DNA of 64,000 bases from Longimicrobiales bacterium (GCA_041690395.1 JAWLHJ010000004.1:32001-96000); one strand, 5' to 3'; numbered from the stretch's first letter, positions 49,893 through 59,380 are shown. The notes: generated by a model from the letters alone, not told the origin. Translations and numbers: made by a program.

Positions 49893-50849
49893 CTAGGTAA
49901 AATGCGGGTCGGCGTCTACCGCACGAGCGGCGGCGTCCACGTCCTGACGCAGCTGCGCGACGAGGGCTTCCACGCCCCCGAACGGCCGGACGTCCCGGAG
50001 GTGCTTCACGAACTCCACCCGCACCTCCTCACCGTACAGATCGCCGTCGAAGCCGATCAAGTGGAGCTCGATGGTCGGCGGGGAGCCCTGAAACGTCGGG
50101 CGGGGCCCGACGTGCAGTGCGCCCGGATGGGCCTCGCCGCGCCTCCGGACTCCCCTCACGGCGTACACTCCCGGAGGCGGAACCAGCTTGTCCCGATCGC
50201 CGATCTGGAGGTTCGCGGTCGGAAAGCCGAGCCCGCGCCCCCTTCCCTCGCCCCTTACGACCACGCCGCGGAGCGAGTAGGAGCGCCCCAGGCACGCACG
50301 CGCTTCCTCCACGCGCGCTTCGCTCAGGGCCCGACGGATCCGCGACGACGAGATGGTCTGGCCGTCCACCTCCACCGGTCGCACCACGTCGACGGAGAAG
50401 CCGAGCCGGGCACCGAGCTCACGGATCGTGTCGGCGTCCCCGCTCCGGTCTCGACCGAAGCCGTGGTCGTATCCGATCACCAGCTCCTCGACGCCGAGCC
50501 GTCCGACCAGGATCTCCTCCACGAATCGCGCCGGCTCGTAGCGCGACAACGCTTCCGTGAAGCGTACGAAGACCGCGAAGTCCAGCCCGCTCTCAGCCAG
50601 GATCTCCTTCTTCTCCAGAGGCGTCGTCAGGAGCGGCGGGGCGTCGTCGGGGCGCACGACGCGAAGCGGATGCGGATCGAACGTGACGAGCACGCTCCGG
50701 CGTCCCGAGGCGTCGGCGCGTCTCCGGATCTCCTCCAGGACCCGCCAGTGCCCGAGGTGGACGCCGTCGAAGGTCCCGACCGTGGCCACGGTACCCTTGT
50801 CCGACGGGATGCCGGGCGGGTGTCGCCACCGGACCGAGGGCCCCGTCAC
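49893..50849 (-). CDS. ribF: Riboflavin kinase/FAD synthetase
   Basis: GTFDGVHLGH, TFDPHP, ISSSRIR, GFPTAN, GPRPTF. Confidence 0.97.
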   Translation of the reverse strand: MTGPSVRWRHPPGIPSDKGTVATVGTFDGVHLGHWRVLEEIRRRADASGRRSVLVTFDPHPLRVVRPDDAPPLLTTPLEKKEILAESGLDFAVFVRFTEALSRYEPARFVEEILVGRLGVEELVIGYDHGFGRDRSGDADTIRELGARLGFSVDVVRPVEVDGQTISSSRIRRALSEARVEEARACLGRSYSLRGVVVRGEGRGRGLGFPTANLQIGDRDKLVPPPGVYAVRGVRRRGEAHPGALHVGPRPTFQGSPPTIELHLIGFDGDLYGEEVRVEFVKHLRDVRPFGGVEALVAQLRQDVDAAARAVDADPHFT

Positions 50850-51724
50850 GCGAACACCTTGGAAGGCTTGAGCGCTCCGTCCGCGACGTGGCCCACCGCG
50901 ACCAGCTCGGCGCCCGCCGCGACGGCCACCGGGCCGGACACGTCGGGGCCCGTGTAGGGCACGCTCTGGCCGTGCGAGATCCTCCGGACGCCCTCCGCGT
51001 CGACCATCCACGAGGGGAGGTGGGCCAGCGCCTCGAGCGGGCTCATGGCCATCCGCTCGACGGCGGACGGATCGTCCAGCTCGTCCAGGGTGAGCGCGCC
51101 GTCCACTTCGAACCGGCCGATCCTCGTGCGCCGGAGCTCCGTGAGATGGGCGCCGGTCCCGAGTACCTCTCCCAGGTCACGGGCCAGCGAGCGGACGTAG
51201 GTGCCGCTGGAGCAGTGGACACGGAAGCGGACCAGCGGGAGCGTGATCTCCTCGACCTCCGCGGAGAACACGGTCACCCGGCTCGCCGGCAGATCGACGT
51301 GCTCACCTCTCCGGGCTCTACGGTGCATGGCCTCGCCACCCACCTTCTTGGCCGAGAACTGGGGTGGCACCTGATCGATCTCGCCGACGAATCGCGCCAG
51401 CGCGCGGGCGACATCGGCTTCCGAGACCCGGTCCCATCCCGGGAGGGTACGCACGACCTCGCCCTTCAAGTCGTCGGTGGTCGTGACCTCACCGAGGCGG
51501 GCCGTCGCGACGTACTCCTTGTCGAGACCCGTGACGTACTCGGAGAGTCGCGTCGCGGGCCCCACGCAGAGGAGAAGGAGTCCGGACGCGAAGGGGTCGA
51601 GCGTTCCCGTGTGCCCGATCCGCCGCTCACCGAGGGCGCGACGGGCCTGCCCCACCACGTCGTGCGACGTCGGTCCGACGGGCTTGTCCACCGGCAGCAC
51701 GAACCCCGCCGCCGGTAGCTTCAA
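50846..51724 (-). CDS. truB: tRNA pseudouridine(55) synthase
   Basis: DKP.G.TSHDVV, GHTGTLDPFASG, PPQFSA.K, SSGTYVRSL. Confidence 0.98.
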   Translation of the reverse strand: MKLPAAGFVLPVDKPVGPTSHDVVGQARRALGERRIGHTGTLDPFASGLLLLCVGPATRLSEYVTGLDKEYVATARLGEVTTTDDLKGEVVRTLPGWDRVSEADVARALARFVGEIDQVPPQFSAKKVGGEAMHRRARRGEHVDLPASRVTVFSAEVEEITLPLVRFRVHCSSGTYVRSLARDLGEVLGTGAHLTELRRTRIGRFEVDGALTLDELDDPSAVERMAMSPLEALAHLPSWMVDAEGVRRISHGQSVPYTGPDVSGPVAVAAGAELVAVGHVADGALKPSKVFA

Positions 51725-52152
51725 CCGTCGTCTCCCGTCCGATCCCTCGGCCTCGGCGCGTCGTCCGCGTCGGGCTCGGGCTCACCATCGGACGGGTCGT
51801 CGAGTTCATCTTCGGGAAGGACGTCCGAGAGGATCTCCTCGATCCGCATCGCGTGCTCGAGCGACTTGTCGCGCTGGAAGCGCAGCTCGGGAATGCGCCG
51901 GATCGTCAGCTCCTTGCCGAGCGCTGCCCTGAGGAACGGCGCGGCCGCGGTCAGCCCCTCGAGGGCCTCGACGATCTCGGCCTCGCTGCCGATGACCCGG
52001 ACGAAGACCCGCGCCAGGCTCAGGTCGTTCGTGACGTCGACCGCGGTCACGGTGACGACGCCGACGCGCGGATCACGCACGTCGGTACGAATGAGCATCG
52101 CCAGTTCCCTCTTGAGCTGCTCGTTGAGGCGAGCGAGGCGTCTGCGGCTCAT
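51721..52152 (-). CDS. rbfA: 30S ribosome-binding factor A
   Basis: RDPRV..VTVT.V.VT.DL, IRRIPELRF..D. Confidence 0.96.
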   Translation of the reverse strand: MSRRRLARLNEQLKRELAMLIRTDVRDPRVGVVTVTAVDVTNDLSLARVFVRVIGSEAEIVEALEGLTAAAPFLRAALGKELTIRRIPELRFQRDKSLEHAMRIEEILSDVLPEDELDDPSDGEPEPDADDAPRPRDRTGDDG

Positions 52153-52176
52153 GGGGCCCCCTTCTTAGGCGAACTG

Positions 52177-52458
52177 CTAGCAGAGCTCACGGTGGACTCC
52201 TGTGATGACGGCCCCGCCGTGCTCTTCCACGAAGCGGTCCAGCTTGTCGAGCATCGACTCCGCGAGACGTCCGTCGCTGGCCACCAGCGCGATGCTGACG
52301 GTCGCCCGATCCAGGACGTCCTGGAGGTCGGTCTCGGCCACGGAGACGTTGAACTTCGCGCGGAGGCGGTCCTTGAGTGACCGCACCACGGAGCGCTTGG
52401 CCTTCAGCGACGAGCATCCCGGGAGCGACAGCTCCCAGGTCATCGACACGACGACCAT
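52177..52458 (-). CDS. DUF503 (YlxP-like) protein
   Basis: SLK.KR.VV.SLKDRL..KFNVSVAE; located between infB and rbfA. Confidence 0.93.
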   Translation of the reverse strand: MVVVSMTWELSLPGCSSLKAKRSVVRSLKDRLRAKFNVSVAETDLQDVLDRATVSIALVASDGRLAESMLDKLDRFVEEHGGAVITGVHRELC

Positions 52459-52481
52459 GGTCAGAAGATGTTGAAGAAGGG

Positions 52482-55202
52482 TCAGGTGACGTTGGCGAGC
52501 GTCCGTGCGACTTCCGTGACGGTGTAGCATTCGATCAGGTCGCCCACCTTCACATCGTTGAAGTTGGCGATCCCGATACCGCACTCGAAGCCTTCGCGGA
52601 CTTCCTTGACGTCGTCCTTGAAGCGCTTGAGGGAGTGGATCTCCCCGTCGTACACCACGATACCCTCCCTGACGACCCGCGCCCGGCCCTTCCGGTCGAT
52701 GCGGCCCTCGGTGACGTAACAGCCGGCGATCGTGCCGACCTTGCTCACCTTGAAGACCTCTCGGACCTCGGCCGTGCCCTGCACCGCCTCCCTCTTCTCG
52801 GGGGCGAGCATGCCCTCGAGCGCCGCGGTGACTTCGTCCACGGCCTCGTAGATGACGTCGTAGACGCGGATGTCGATGTCGTTGCGCTCGGCCTCCTGGC
52901 GCGCCGCGGTCTGCGGCCTCACCCTGAACCCGATGATCACCGCGCCCGCGGTCTCGGCGAGCAACACGTCCGACTCGTTGATCGCGCCCACGCCGCGATG
53001 GATGATGTCCACCTGGACCTCCTTGCCACCGAGCTGCTCGAGGGCGTCGGACAGGGCCTGGACCGAGCCGTCCACGTCGCCCTTGATGACGAGCGGCAGC
53101 CTCGACGTCTCACCGGCCGCGACCAACGCGCCGAAGTCGCCGAGCTTGATGCCGCGCTCGCGGATCCGGAGCTGCTTCTCGCGGTCGAGGCGCTGACGGG
53201 TACCGGCGATCTCGGCGGCCTGCACGGCATCCATGACCTGGAAGGTGTCACCCGCCTGCGGGACGCCGCTGGCGCCGAGCACCTGGACCGGCGTCGCCGG
53301 ACCGGCCGACTGGATCGACTTGCCGCGCTCGTCGAGCATCGCCCGCACGCGGCCGTCCCACAGGCCGCAGACGAAGGAATCGCCCACGCGCAGGGTGCCC
53401 TTCTGAACGAGCACGGACACGACCGGTCCCTTACCCACGTCGAGCTGGGCTTCGACCACGGTGCCCTGGGCCGCGCGGTCGGGGTTCGCCTTGAGCTCGA
53501 GGATCTCGGCCTGCAGGAGCACCTTCTCGAGCAGGTCGTCGATGCCCTTGCCCGTCTTCGCGGAGATCTCGGCGGAGAGCACGTCGCCCCCGAAGTCCTC
53601 CACGTTCACGCTGTGCTGCAGGAGCTCCTGTTTCACGCGCCCCGGATCGGCGGCGGGCAGATCGCACTTGTTGATCGCGACGATCATGGGCACGCCGGCG
53701 TTCTTGGCATGGCTGATCGCCTCGATGGTCTGCGGCATGACGGAGTCGTCCGCCGCCACGAGCAGGATGACGATGTCCGTCACGTCGGCGCCGCGGGCAC
53801 GCATCGCGGTGAAGGCGGCGTGGCCGGGCGTGTCGAGGAAGGTGATGCTGCGACCGTCCGGAAGCTCCACGTGGTAGGCACCGATATGCTGCGTGATGCC
53901 CCCGGCTTCGCCGGCGACCACGTTCGTCTTGCGGATCTTGTCGAGCAGCAGGGTCTTACCGTGATCGACGTGACCCATGACGGTCACGACCGGCGGACGC
54001 GGCTTGAGCGACTCCGGATCCTCCTCCTCCTCTTCGACCGCCGTCTCTCCGGAATAGTCCTCCTCGAGGACGGCCGTGTACCCGAACTCGTCGAGCAATA
54101 GCTCGATCTGGTCGAAGTCGAGACGCTGGTTGATGGTGACCATGAGGCCGAGGTTCTTGAACGCGGAGCCGACGATCTCGCTGGAGGTGGCGTCGATCAG
54201 CTCGGACAGCTCGGCCACGGTGAGGAACTCATTCACCCGCACCGTGGTGCGCTCGCGCTCCTGCTCCTCGCGCTCCTGCTCCTCCTGCTGTTCCTGCTCC
54301 TCTGCCGAGGGACGCTGGCCCTTGCGGCGACGCTTCTTTCCGCCGCCGCTGCCGCCTTTGATCTCGGCCATGACGCGCTGGATGTTCGACTGCACCGCAT
54401 CCTGGTCGACGCCCTGGCGCCGCTTGCCCTTCTTCTTGTCCTTGCGCTTGCGACGACCGTCGGGGGTATACCCTTCGGCCTGGATCCGAACCTGGCCGCC
54501 GGGTCCGGCGCTCGCGGCCGGAGCAGGCGTGGGACGTCGGATGCTGCGGACGGGCGCGTCGGGGGCGCCGGCCCGGGCGGACGCGGGCGCCGGGCGTGAC
54601 CGCTCACCCTCAGCCTTCTCCTCCGTCACGACCTCATCCTCGGACGCCGGCTCCTCGACATCGACGACGGCCTCTTCCTCGTCGTCGACCTCGTCTTCGT
54701 CGTCGTCCTCCTCTTCCTCGTCTTCCTCGTCTTCGGCCTCGAGCTCGGACTCCTCGTCGGCCTCCGCCTCGAGATCTTCGGTGTCGTCCGCTTCGGGAGC
54801 CTCGGCTTCGACTTCCACCGGCTCGCTCTCGTCGGCCTCGGTGTCCTCATCCGAATCCGACTCCGGGGCCTCGGCAGCCGCCTCGGCCTCGGCGTCGGAC
54901 GCTTCCTCCTCCGACTCGGCATCGGCTTCGTCGGACTCCGGGGTCTCGTCGCTCCCCCGCCGGCGCCGGCGACGGCGGCGGCCCGAGCTGGACGCGGTCT
55001 CTTCCACGGCGGCACGGATCGCCTCGGCCGGGTCCTTGCGGCCCGCCCGACGCTCCCGTTCCACCTTGGCCAGGACCTTGGCCTTCTGACCATCCGTGAT
55101 GGTCGCCTGCTCGTCCGCGACGGGAATGCCCATCTGCCGAAGCAGCGCGATCAGCGCGTCGGTCTCGACCTTGAGGTCTTCTGCCAGCTCGATAACCTGC
55201 AT
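52482..55202 (-). CDS. infB: Translation initiation factor IF-2
   Basis: RPPVVTVMGHVDHGKT, GGITQHIGAY, DTPGHAAF, NKCD, GFECG. Confidence 0.99.
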   Translation of the reverse strand: MQVIELAEDLKVETDALIALLRQMGIPVADEQATITDGQKAKVLAKVERERRAGRKDPAEAIRAAVEETASSSGRRRRRRRRGSDETPESDEADAESEEEASDAEAEAAAEAPESDSDEDTEADESEPVEVEAEAPEADDTEDLEAEADEESELEAEDEEDEEEEDDDEDEVDDEEEAVVDVEEPASEDEVVTEEKAEGERSRPAPASARAGAPDAPVRSIRRPTPAPAASAGPGGQVRIQAEGYTPDGRRKRKDKKKGKRRQGVDQDAVQSNIQRVMAEIKGGSGGGKKRRRKGQRPSAEEQEQQEEQEREEQERERTTVRVNEFLTVAELSELIDATSSEIVGSAFKNLGLMVTINQRLDFDQIELLLDEFGYTAVLEEDYSGETAVEEEEEDPESLKPRPPVVTVMGHVDHGKTLLLDKIRKTNVVAGEAGGITQHIGAYHVELPDGRSITFLDTPGHAAFTAMRARGADVTDIVILLVAADDSVMPQTIEAISHAKNAGVPMIVAINKCDLPAADPGRVKQELLQHSVNVEDFGGDVLSAEISAKTGKGIDDLLEKVLLQAEILELKANPDRAAQGTVVEAQLDVGKGPVVSVLVQKGTLRVGDSFVCGLWDGRVRAMLDERGKSIQSAGPATPVQVLGASGVPQAGDTFQVMDAVQAAEIAGTRQRLDREKQLRIRERGIKLGDFGALVAAGETSRLPLVIKGDVDGSVQALSDALEQLGGKEVQVDIIHRGVGAINESDVLLAETAGAVIIGFRVRPQTAARQEAERNDIDIRVYDVIYEAVDEVTAALEGMLAPEKREAVQGTAEVREVFKVSKVGTIAGCYVTEGRIDRKGRARVVREGIVVYDGEIHSLKRFKDDVKEVREGFECGIGIANFNDVKVGDLIECYTVTEVARTLANVT

Positions 55203-55203
55203 G

Positions 55204-55551
55204 CTACGTGTCTGCCTCCGATTCGTCGGGGCTGCCAGCGTTCACCGCGCCGAGCTCCTCCAGGAGCCGGCCGGCGAGCGAGGCGCTCGTCACCGCGACG
55301 GCGGCCAAAGGCGCCGATCCGATCGCGGACCCCAACGTGTTTCGATCCCCCAGGTAAACCTGGGGGATCGTCCGATTGTGAATCGTACTCCGAATTTTGT
55401 CCAACTGGGTCTCGGACGCGTCGGTCGCCATGATCACAAGCGCCACGCGTCCGTCCCGTACAGCCTGGCGAACGGCTTCGGTGCCCCCGGCCACCTGACC
55501 CGCGCGGCGCGCGAGCCCGAGCAGGGAGAGCGCGTCACGCGTCTTCCCCAT
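55204..55551 (-). CDS. L7Ae/L30e-family RNA-binding protein (YlxQ-like)
   Basis: LSLLGLARRAG...G...V, IMATDAS, LG.AIG; located between nusA and infB. Confidence 0.9.
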   Translation of the reverse strand: MGKTRDALSLLGLARRAGQVAGGTEAVRQAVRDGRVALVIMATDASETQLDKIRSTIHNRTIPQVYLGDRNTLGSAIGSAPLAAVAVTSASLAGRLLEELGAVNAGSPDESEADT

Positions 55552-56959
55552 CCTCGTCGTCCTCGTCCGGCGCTTCATCCTCGTCCGGCGCGTCGTCCTC
55601 GGACGTCGCTTCGTCGGAGTCGGACGGGTCTTTTTCGTCGTCCCCGTCCTCGTCGGACGCCGCGTCGACCTCCACCACCGTCAGCTCGTCGATGAGCTCG
55701 AGGAGCCGATCGGCGTGCACCTCGCCGATACCGGGGATCTCCAGGAAATCCCTACGCTCCAAATCGATGATCTGGAGAAATGTATGATACCCGGCCTCCG
55801 ACAACGCCGCCAGGGCTGCCGGCGCCAGATCCAGCTCCGAGAGGGGGAAGTCCGAAGTCTCGAACTCGTCCTCCGGCGTGCTCTCGAGGCGGGACAGGTC
55901 CTCGCCGCGCTCCATCCACTCACGCGACCCGTAGAGGTCGATCTGCCAACCGATGAGCTGGGAAGCCAGACGGACGTTCTGACCGTTCCGGCCGATCGCG
56001 AGCGACAGCTGGTCCTCGTCGACGATGGCGGTGACGACCTGGCGCTCGACATCGCTGAACACCTTCGATACACGGGCCGGCGCCAGCGCACGGCGAGCGA
56101 ACACCTCCGTGTCGGGGTGCCACGGCACGATGTCGATCCGCTCTCCTCCGAGCTCCGAGACGACGGCCTGGACGCGTGAGCCCTTGAGCCCGACGCACGC
56201 CCCGACCGGGTCGATGGACTCGTCCCGGCTGTACACGGCGATCTTGGTTCGGCCGCCAACCTCGCGGGAGATCTCCTTGATCTCGACGATCCCCTGGTGG
56301 ATCTCCGGCACCTCGAGCTTGAACAGAGCCGCCACGAAACCCGGGTCGGCGCGGGACAGGATGAGACGCGGACCCTTCGGGGTCTCCTCGACCTTCTTCA
56401 GGACTGCCCGGATGGGGTCTCCCTGACGGAAGCGCTCCCGAGGATTCTGGTCCTTCCAGGGGATGATCGCCTCGGCGTCGCGCGACCGGTTCATCATGAC
56501 GACGAGCTTGCCCCGCTCGGTCTGCTGGACCTCGCCCGAGAGGAGCTCACCGACCTGGTCCGCGAACTCGTCCCGGATGCGGTCGCGCTCGTTCTCGCGG
56601 ACCCGCTGGACGATCCGCTGTTTGACCGCCATCACGGCGTTCCGGCCGAACTGCGTGAAATCGACCGGAATCTCCATGACGTCGCCGACTTCGAACGTAT
56701 CGTCGTCCCAACGCGCTTCCTCGAGGGAGATCTCCGACGCGGAGTCCTCGACCTCCTCGACGACGCGGCGCAGCACGACGATGTCGAACTCGCCGGTGTC
56801 CTCGTTGATATCGATCTCGGCCTGGACCGTCGGACCATAGATGCGCGCGAGCCCCGCCAGGATCCCGTCCTTGACGAGGTCGGTCATCTCCTCTTCGGTC
56901 AGGCTCTTGGTCGACGCCACGTCTCTGAATGCCGCTACGATCTGGGCCGCGTTCGCCAT
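55535..56959 (-). CDS. nusA: Transcription termination/antitermination factor NusA
   Basis: FGR.A...KQ, EVPEI, GRTKIAV, GACVG.KGSRV, SLAIGRNGQNVRLA. Confidence 0.98.
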   Translation of the reverse strand: MANAAQIVAAFRDVASTKSLTEEEMTDLVKDGILAGLARIYGPTVQAEIDINEDTGEFDIVVLRRVVEEVEDSASEISLEEARWDDDTFEVGDVMEIPVDFTQFGRNAVMAVKQRIVQRVRENERDRIRDEFADQVGELLSGEVQQTERGKLVVMMNRSRDAEAIIPWKDQNPRERFRQGDPIRAVLKKVEETPKGPRLILSRADPGFVAALFKLEVPEIHQGIVEIKEISREVGGRTKIAVYSRDESIDPVGACVGLKGSRVQAVVSELGGERIDIVPWHPDTEVFARRALAPARVSKVFSDVERQVVTAIVDEDQLSLAIGRNGQNVRLASQLIGWQIDLYGSREWMERGEDLSRLESTPEDEFETSDFPLSELDLAPAALAALSEAGYHTFLQIIDLERRDFLEIPGIGEVHADRLLELIDELTVVEVDAASDEDGDDEKDPSDSDEATSEDDAPDEDEAPDEDDEDGEDA

Positions 56960-56969
56960 CTCTATCTCC

Positions 56970-57461
56970 TCACTTCCACGTGAAGGCGAGGTTCGCCTTC
57001 CGAATCCGATCCAAGGGCACGTCGACCTCGTCGCCATTCGGCAATTTCAACCTGACATGCCCACCCCCCTCACCCATTTCCTCCAGACCGAGCAACTCGC
57101 CTTCGAGTCGGCTCTGTTCTCCGACCAGCGCCTCGGTTCCCTGAACCACGACCCGCTCCCCGCGGAACCGTCGATAGTCCGACGGACGCACGAGGGGCCG
57201 GTCCACACCCGGCGACGAAACCTCCAGCGTGTAGCGATCCGACAGGGACTCGTGCTCGTCGAGCCAGGGCTCGAGGCCCCTGCTGACCGAGGCACAGTCG
57301 TCGATCGTGACACCCTGGCCGGAGTCGCTCTCGGGCCGGTCGATGCGCAGTTGGAGCAGTGGGCGACGCCCACTGCCCCCCCACCGGACATCGACCAGCT
57401 CGAAGCCGAGCGCGGCTACGCGGCGCTCCAACTCCTCGGCGATCTCCGGCACCACTCGCAT
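56970..57461 (-). CDS. rimP: Ribosome maturation factor RimP
   Basis: GFELVDV, GVTIDDC..VSR, Y.LEVSSPGVDRPL. Confidence 0.97.
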   Translation of the reverse strand: MRVVPEIAEELERRVAALGFELVDVRWGGSGRRPLLQLRIDRPESDSGQGVTIDDCASVSRGLEPWLDEHESLSDRYTLEVSSPGVDRPLVRPSDYRRFRGERVVVQGTEALVGEQSRLEGELLGLEEMGEGGGHVRLKLPNGDEVDVPLDRIRKANLAFTWK

Positions 57462-57528
57462 CGAAACAACCCCCCTATCAAAACCAAGGGGTACGCCGCG
57501 GAAGCGACGAACCCCAGTCACATCGAAC

Positions 57529-57559
57529 AAAAAAGCGGGGGCGACCTCCACCCCCACTT
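57529..57559 (-). terminator. rimP-leader attenuator (premature intrinsic terminator)
   Basis: AAGTGGGGGTG-GAGGT-CGCCCCCGCTT followed by TTTT, between the promoter and the rimP start. Confidence 0.8.
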
Positions 57560-57600
57560 CGTTTGAAACTCACCCCGACGGGCGTGCTGTCCGGCCAGAG

Positions 57601-57629
57601 AATATAGGGGAAGCGGTAGGTGCTCTCAA
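57601..57629 (-). promoter_or_regulatory. Sigma70 promoter of the rimP-nusA-infB operon
   Basis: TTGAGA-N17-TATATT. Confidence 0.75.
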
Positions 57630-57689
57630 GCCGCCCCGAGGACGCCCCGTGCCCGGACCCTGCCCCCGCGCGCTACGGGACCCCGTGGC

Positions 57690-58022
57690 TCACGCCGGCC
57701 CGCTCGTTCCTCGCTCGCTCTCCAGGGCAGTGACGCGGGCCCGGAGCGTGTCGATCTCCGCCCGGAGCGCTTCGAGCTCGGAATGGTGCGCGAAGTCGAG
57801 CCGCTCCTTCGCATCGCCGGCCGCGCTCTGCGCGCGCTCGAGCGCGTCCTTCATGACCTGCTTCGCCCTGTCGGCGGACAGGTCACCACGGTCGCGGGCC
57901 TCCTGGATCGTCTCTTCGAGCGCTTCCTTGAAGGCGGAGAGCACGCCGATCCCCTGGCGGATCCCCTCGGAGACGCGCTCCTTCGGTCCCTGCTTCTGTT
58001 GCTTCCCGGACTGGTCCGTCAT
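57690..58022 (-). CDS. Small amphipathic helical protein (phasin-like)
   Basis: GIG.LS...LE...RGDLS...A, then a coiled coil EL.AL..EI..L..RV.ALE; GGAG RBS. Confidence 0.65.
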   Translation of the reverse strand: MTDQSGKQQKQGPKERVSEGIRQGIGVLSAFKEALEETIQEARDRGDLSADRAKQVMKDALERAQSAAGDAKERLDFAHHSELEALRAEIDTLRARVTALESERGTSGPA

Positions 58023-58105
58023 GGGTTTCTCCGATCTCGGCTGAGCGAACTCGGGACAGAGTGTCCCGTGTTAACCATACGCGGGAGGCCGCGGAAAGAT
58101 TCGCC

Positions 58106-59380
58106 TCAGGCGCGCTCGATCCTGGCTCCGAGTGCCTTCAGCCGCTCGTCGATCCGTTCGTACCCCCGCTCGATCTGATGGATGTTCCCGATGCGGCTGG
58201 TGCCTTCCGCTCCGAGCGCTGCGATCAGGAGCGCCATGCCCGCGCGGATGTCCGGGCTCTCCACGACGCCCCCCCGGAGCCGCGTCGGACCCACGACGAC
58301 CGCCCGGTGCGGATCGCACAGGATGATCGACGCGCCCAAGCCGACCAGCTTGTCCGTGAAGAACATGCGCGACTCGAACATCTTCTCGTGGACGAGGACG
58401 GTGCCGTGGCACTGCGTCGCCGCGACGATGGCGATGGAGGTCAGATCGGCCGGGAACGCCGGCCACGGTCCGTCGTCGAGCTTCGGCACGTGGCCGTAGG
58501 CGTCGTCCCTGACATGGTGCGGCTCACTGCCCCTGACGAGCAGGTCCTTCCCCTGCACCTCGCACTCGATTCCGAGCCGGCGGAAACCGATGAGCGTGGA
58601 ATCGAGGTGCTCGATCGGAGCGCCCTCGATGGTCAGGTCGCTGCCGGTGACGGCCGCGAGGCCGATGAACGAGCCCGTCTCGATGTGGTCCGCGCCGATC
58701 CGGAAAGTCGTTCCGCCGAGCGAGTCGACCCCGTCGATCTCGAGCACGTGCGTGCCGGATCCGCTGATGCGCGCGCCCATCGCGGTCAGGAGGCGACAGA
58801 GGTCCTGTACGTGGGGCTCGGCGGCGGCGTTGCGGATGCGCGTCCGGCCGCCCGCCAGCACGGCGGCCATGATCGCGTTCTCGGTCCCAGTGACGGAGGG
58901 CTCGTCGAGGAAGAAGTCCGCCCCGGTGAGCTTCTTCGCCCTGATCCTGAAGCCGCCGTTGAGCTTCACCTTGGCGCCGAGCGCCTCGAAGGCGAGGAAG
59001 TGCGTGTCCATGCGTCGCCGCCCGATCACGTCACCGCCGGGTGGGGGCAACTCCACGTCACCGAACCGGGCCAGGAGCGGGCCGGCGAGCAAGAGGGAGG
59101 CACGAATCCGCTCGGCCAGATCCCGATCGATCTCGCCGCCCCGCACACCGCGCGGGTCGACGGTGACCTCGTTCGGCCCGCCCCAACTCACGTCCGCTCC
59201 GAGCGAAGAGACGATCTCGAGGAAGGTGAGGACGTCCCGGATGCGGGGAACGTTCTCCAGAGTGACCGGCTCCGACGCGAGCACGGTGGCGGCGAGGCAC
59301 GGTAGGGCTGAGTTCTTGTTGCCAGCGGGGCGGATGCGGCCATCGAGCCGGTGGCCGCCTTCGACGAGGAAGCTTGCCAT
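58106..59380 (-). CDS. murA: UDP-N-acetylglucosamine 1-carboxyvinyltransferase
   Basis: GNKNSALP, RASLL, PGGDVIGRR, SVTGTEN, FPADL, DIRAG, RGYE. Confidence 0.97.
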   Translation of the reverse strand: MASFLVEGGHRLDGRIRPAGNKNSALPCLAATVLASEPVTLENVPRIRDVLTFLEIVSSLGADVSWGGPNEVTVDPRGVRGGEIDRDLAERIRASLLLAGPLLARFGDVELPPPGGDVIGRRRMDTHFLAFEALGAKVKLNGGFRIRAKKLTGADFFLDEPSVTGTENAIMAAVLAGGRTRIRNAAAEPHVQDLCRLLTAMGARISGSGTHVLEIDGVDSLGGTTFRIGADHIETGSFIGLAAVTGSDLTIEGAPIEHLDSTLIGFRRLGIECEVQGKDLLVRGSEPHHVRDDAYGHVPKLDDGPWPAFPADLTSIAIVAATQCHGTVLVHEKMFESRMFFTDKLVGLGASIILCDPHRAVVVGPTRLRGGVVESPDIRAGMALLIAALGAEGTSRIGNIHQIERGYERIDERLKALGARIERA

